Assembly: GCA_900088475.1 (NCBI GenBank)
Contig: FLMG01001375.1
Span: 1,527-65,526, forward strand
Reading direction: 5' to 3'
DNA length: 64,000 nucleotides
Source: Hyphochytrium catenoides
Taxonomy: Eukaryota > Protista > Hyphochytriomycota
The position numbers were made by a program, and so were the translations under genes. Shown here piece by piece: positions 58,752 through 64,000 of the stretch (position 1 is its first letter; each line of letters begins with the position of its first letter). The notes below the pieces were generated by a model, which saw nothing but the letters and a program-made list of their open reading frames with translations, was not told the DNA's origin and did not search any database.

Positions 58752-61707
58752 ATGACAAGGAGTTTTGAAGGACGTGAAGGTGCAAAAGTACAGGCAGGAG
58801 AGGGGCCAGAAGAGAGGGTGCAGACCCTTTTAATCGACAACTATGACTCCTACACTTTCAACCTCTATCAGATGTTGGCAGAGGTGAATCGGAGTCCTCC
58901 GATTGTCATAGAGAATGACAGCTTCAACGGCAGCTGGGAGGAGGCGTGGGCCTTCTATAAGGGAAAAGTTGACAACATTGTCATCTCTCCTGGTCCGGGC
59001 CACCCCGCAAAGAAGGCAGACTTTGGGCTCTGTGCCGAGGTATTCGCCTGACGTCTCTAACATCTCCTCTTTCTTTCTCATCTAGATATATCCACCATAG
59101 ATTGACCGTCTCCGGTGCTCTACCACTTTCAGTTGCTTATGTTGCTCTTAAGACTTCCCTTTTATGGATGCATTGTAGAAGTGGTAGTGTTGCAGTCTAA
59201 TGCAGGGCGTGATTCTTATCCTCTTTCCCTGGCAATATCGCTCTTCCCTTGCCTCTCTCCCTCTCTTCTATCCTTCTCCCTTGGCCAGCTTATACATTAA
59301 CTTGCATTTCGTTGGCAAGGCACTTTTGAGTTCAGAGGTGCCCATTCTAGGAGTCTGTCTAGGGCATCAAGGGTTGGCGCAACTCTATGGCGGCAAGGTG
59401 GTTCATGCTCCAGAAGGGATGCACGGCAGATTAAGCACAGTAGAACACAAGGGCGATGCACTCTTCTCTCACATCCCGTCGTCTTTTAGGGTTGTACGGT
59501 ATCATTCTCTCATAGTAGAAGAAGACTCTCTTCCCAGCTGCATTGAAGCCATCGCCTGGACGAGAGAAAGAGAAGCCAATGCTGCGTCTCCGTCTTCTTA
59601 TCAATGCACGCGTTCATCCGCCCGTTCGCTTATCATGGGGTTAAAACATCGGTCTAAGCCCTTTTGGGGCGTCCAGTTCCATCCAGAAAGCGTTTGCAGT
59701 GAACATGGGCACCAGTTGTTGGCCAACTTCAAGGCTTTAACTTTAGGAAAAGGAGCGACGAAGCTGACAGGAATCTATGGTCGAGGAAACGAGGTGCACT
59801 CGCACCCGCATGTTTCTCGAGCACTCTCTGGCCCCTCTATCTCCTCTGCCACCGCCTATTCCCTTTCCGATAGCAATAGACAGGTGCTTGCTGAACCAAG
59901 GTGTGAGGTGTTGGTGCAACGGGTCCCGTCTCACATCCATCCAGAAGCAGAGCAGGTGTTCTGTCGGCTCTTCTCGCAGTCGGAAGTCTCTTTCTGGCTA
60001 GACAGCAGCAATTATGAGCCACCTCTATCTTCCATATCCCGCAGTGCTTCTTCCAAAAGTACACAGCACCGTTCACGCTTCTCCTTCATGGGGGATGGAG
60101 GAGGCCCTCTAGCCAAGCTTATTCAGTATGACGTGACCGCAGGAAAGACGACGGTTACTCAGATGAGAAGAAGAAAGAGGATAGAGGTCCAGTCTGATTT
60201 CGCGGGCTACCTTGAGAGTGAACTTCGGCACTTGGGACTCCACAAAATTGTTTCAGTGGAGAAAGAGGAGCGGAAAGGCGTAGAAGACAGAGGAGATGAC
60301 ACAGATCACGAGTCAGAAGATGGAGCCGACAGCGGCGACATCTTGCCCTTCAACTTTCACTGTGGACTCGTTGGTTACTTTGGCTATGAAACCTTAGGGG
60401 TCGATGACCCGTCAATATTGAGAAGATGGGAACAGGGAGGGTCTTTCTGCCATCCATCTTCTTCTGAAAATCCTCCTACCGCAACATTTCTCCTTGCGGA
60501 CAGAGTTGTGGCCTACGACCACGATAGGAAAGAGATCTACCTGCTATGTCTCCAAGCTGTACGAGAGAACGGCGAAGAGGGCGGTGACGAGGAAGCGTGT
60601 CGGAGCGAGGATGGGAAGGCGTCGTGTGAGTTGAAAGAGTGGTTTGACACAGTCCAGAAAGTGCTTCAGGAGTGTGCTGCAGATACCCAGACAGAAGAAA
60701 AGAAAAGGAAACTCTCTCTGAGAAGTGAAGCACAAAGACCACAACTGCCGATGTTCTCTTGTTATTCCTCCAACGTGGCTGAAGAAGAGATCATCTTCCG
60801 TCCTAACAGGAAGAAGGAGAGGTACCTGAAGGATATAGAGGAGGTCTTACAGGAAATTCGGAACGGAGAGACGTATGAGGTCTGCCTGACCAACCAACTA
60901 GTGTCAGAGACGGTCATTGAAGACCCTCTCTCCTTCTACTTGGTTCTGAGGAAGAGGAATCCTGCGCCGTACGCAGCGTTCTTCCGGGTAAACTTCACTA
61001 TGCCTTTTCCGTGCGATGACTCTTTACTTCCGTTGCCATCTCTTCCCAACTTTGCTGTCTGCTGCTCGTCTCCAGAGAAGTTCATCTCTGTGGACAAGGA
61101 TGGTTGGGTGGAGAGTAAGCCTATCAAGGGGACGAGGCCAAGGGGAAAAGGGTTCGAAGAAGACAGAGAAAGAGCGGAAGAGCTGGCTAGCAACGAGAAA
61201 GATAGAGCCGAAAACCTTATGATTGTTGACCTAGTGAGGAATGATCTAGGCAGAGTGTGCGAGGTGGGAAGTGTGCACGTGCCGCAGCTGATGCAGGTAG
61301 AAAGCTACGCTACCGTCCATCAGCTTGTCTCTACCGTCAGGGGGAAGAAAAAGGAAAGTTCCTCTCTTCTAGATGTTGTCCGGGCGTGTTTCCCTGGAGG
61401 ATCGATGACAGGAGCACCAAAGAAAAGGACTATGAGCATTATCAGGAGATTAGAAGGCGCCAAAAGGGGTATCTACTCTGGAAGCTTGGGCTTCCTCTCA
61501 ATTTCTGGGGCGGCGGATTTGAATATAGTTATCAGGACGGCAATCTGTACCAGAGAGGGAACAACTCTGGGGACAGGGGGAGCCATCGTCGCTCTGTCCT
61601 CTCCTGAGGAGGAGTACGAGGAAATGCTACTGAAGGCAAGAGCTTTGGTGTCTTCTGTGGGTTTTTCTCTATTAGGAGATCCCACAAGGGCCAAGGTCGT
61701 TTTCTAA
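58752..61707 (+). CDS. pabAB: Aminodeoxychorismate synthase, fused PabA-PabB (folate/pABA synthesis), one intron at ~59040-59319
   Basis: GATase motifs LLIDNYDSYTFNLYQ, ISPGPGHP, PILGVCLGHQ, VVRYHSL and GVQFHPES; chorismate-binding motifs GETYEVCLT, SSPEKF, KPIKGT, AENLMIVDLVRNDL and FPGGSMTGAPK. Confidence 0.96.
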
Positions 61708-62168
61708 AGGGGAAAACTACCTCCTTTCCTCGCTTCCATCTCGTTCTTTCATTCTCAATCTCCTCGTTGCCACTCGTACTGTCCCCTGTACTCGTACTTT
61801 TGCACCTAGGAGGTGGTTTGGTTTATCGTCAGACCCTTGGTTCTCAGGCTAGGCTCTCTTTCGCCTCTAGACCGTCTTACCCTCTATAAGTAGGAGATGT
61901 GGAAGAGGCACACAAGGAGATCTTATCCCTCCTCTAGGTGTTTACCTTGATAAAAGAAATAGAGCCCCAGCAGCAGTAGTAATTGCTATGAGAAGAACTA
62001 CCTGCGCGTAAGGTGTATATGAAGGAATAGGAGAGTCAGGACGGATGGAACAGGACACAGAGCTCAAGTAACGTTCTGGGCAGTCGATTAGCGGGCCAGC
62101 CCCAGAGGTGCCTGCATCGGCCACAATGCATAAAGAGCGCAGAGACAGGAGATGCGAAACTGAAGATC

Positions 62169-63959
62169 TCAGTCCTTTCTTATCTTCTTAACAGTCGTTA
62201 AGATGTGATTTCTAAGCATTTCTCCAAGCTGTCCCTGCTTCTCCTTGAACGATGGAAAGTAGTTCAAGTCAATGACGTAAAGCTCTCCTTTCTCTCCCAC
62301 GATGACGTCGAAGCCGAACAGAGATAAAGAAAAATGCTGCGCAAGGACGCCAGCAATCTCTCTCATAGCCTTAGATATGTCTACTAGGGGATGGGTGATC
62401 GAAGTTTGGCTATGTTTGGCTTCACCGTCCCTCTCTACGTCCCTCTGAGTGGACCTGAGGTAGCAGTAGCGCGTTAATCTGACAGAGGCCATACATGCGG
62501 AGATCTCTAGGAATAAACTACGTAGTCATTCAGAGTCAAGCAAACTGGTGTGAGATATATCACCAGAGAGGAGATGGGGGAAGAGCTAAGGAATTGGAGC
62601 AGTGTCAGACTTACGCTTTGTCGTCATCCTGCGTCGCGAGGTCGCGAGCTGTTGGATAAGACTTCTGAGAGTCAAAGTCGAGGCGAGCTCTCTTCCCGCC
62701 ACGCTCTCCTCCCTCTTCTCTGCTTAGGTCAGGAGTGGACCTCCTCACTGCTAACTCGATGTTCTCTCCTAGTACGTATCCCTTATACAGGGTTTCTCCG
62801 TGATTGACGTATTCCTAGAAAGATTGGTGGGGAAGGAAGAGAAGCGAGAGAAAGTATGTTAGAGACGTATATGGCATGAATGCTCAGGCTGTTTGATAGA
62901 TCTCACGGTTAGATGCATGGAGCTTCATACATAGTGAGCAGAGGACCGCTCTACCGCATAATATGGATGCGCAACAGAGGGGAAAGGAGATAGACAGGAG
63001 AGAAATGCCAGGAACAAAGAAGAACAAATGAAGAAGGATAAAAGAGAGAAAGAGAGATGAAGAGAGGAGCTTTTGCCTAGAATCACACCTGTACTAGCAC
63101 CGGCGGCTGTAGGCTCGCCAGTTCTTCCTCTGAGGTGATGAGAGACATGATGTGGGAGCTCTCCGTCGCTACAGGGCCACGAGTGAAAACAACAACGGTG
63201 AGAGGATCAGGATGCAAGAAGGGAATTAGAAGTGTTAGAGGTCGTGGGTCATAAGCTAGAGCGGCAAGCCTAAAGGGTAGAGCACAGTCCGTGAGAAAAT
63301 GTGAAGAGAAGAGACGGCTGACAAGCGTGACAGACTTCATCAGCATCTAGAGACACCAGGAAGGACAACTCGTGGTGATGTCTCAATGGACGAGTGGAGT
63401 GTGACACAAAGAAACACGAGGAGAGAGAAAGAGAGAGAGAGAGGGCAACGCAGATAAAGAGACGGAGCGCAGCTAAAGGGAGGATGGCAACGAGGAGTCA
63501 GAGGCCAAGAAAGTTCCCATCGATTGCTGGAACACTTACCACAAGCGTCCAAGCTCTTGACAATGACAGGGCCAGAGATTCCTTCTTCTCTCGCTCTTTC
63601 CGCCACGTTCTCTCCTTCTGACACGGCCACAAACTTAGGGAAGCGGAAGAGCCCTTCGCTCCTCTCTGCTAGCTCTCTTAGCGCTTGACAACAGGAGAGA
63701 CGGCCAATGATTCGCTCGACGGCTTCCAAAGGGTCAATAACGATGAGCTCTTTCTCTCTTTCTCCCGCCTGAACTTTCTCTCTTTCTCTCTCTATATACT
63801 GGCGAAGCGCGGCGACCACTAGCGCTGCCTCGTCGTCCCCATGCTGGGCAAAGACCTACAGATAGATTCACGGCAAGAGAGGAGGGAGCAGCAGAGAGAA
63901 ATTGTGACGTTAGAAGATTGAGCGTCGAAAAGTACCAGAAGGTGAGCAACGAAAGAGAA

Positions 63960-63997
<38 letters not shown>

Positions 63998-64000
63998 AGA
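62169..64000 (-). CDS. ITPK1: Inositol-tetrakisphosphate 1-kinase (ATP-grasp), 5'-partial
   Basis: Motifs IVIDPLEAV, PVIVKSLDACATESSHIMSLI, VQEYVNHGETLYKGYVLG and LFGFDVIV...LYVIDLNYFPSF. Confidence 0.9.

Noticed and set aside
4858-61707. Metabolic gene cluster or bacterial contamination (nadB, pabAB, DUF4091, HAD)
   Set aside because: The genes are far apart, functionally unrelated, interleaved with eukaryote-specific genes and mostly intron-containing.
61942-62124. Possible transmembrane-tail exon for ITPK1 (VVLLIAITTAAGALFLLSR)
   Set aside because: ITPK1 already ends naturally at 62169 and no in-phase donor was found.

Overview
This is eukaryotic, intron-rich genomic DNA (GT-AG introns, abundant CT/GA microsatellites, two short N-gaps). 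The organism is probably flagellated because LRRC56 is present. The gene content (CCT-domain protein, KIX-like/F-box/LRR protein, L-aspartate oxidase, fused PabAB) suggests a stramenopile-like protist; that assignment is inference. About 16 protein-coding genes were reconstructed by hand-splicing: LRRC56, nadB, a protein with exon-encoded ~60-aa repeats, Rrn7/TAF1B, a PPR-like helical protein, AlkA/Mag1 glycosylase, family I pyrophosphatase, prenylcysteine oxidase, an unknown coiled-coil protein, a CCT protein, a bacterial-type DUF4091/GH123-like protein, a HAD hydrolase, a KIX-like/F-box/LRR protein, an unknown BAG-like protein, PabAB and ITPK1 (5'-partial). The most notable oddities are: (1) one in-frame TAG inside the otherwise intact HAD gene; (2) a ~710-bp intergenic foldback; (3) a spliced, uORF-bearing leader upstream of the intronless nadB; (4) the exon-encoded W/Y-rich repeat; (5) two convergent CDSs overlapping by 6 nt; (6) a dense TGTCA/TGACA cluster with a perfect 22-bp palindrome. 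Exon boundaries were inferred by eye and family assignments come from motif recall; no searches were run.
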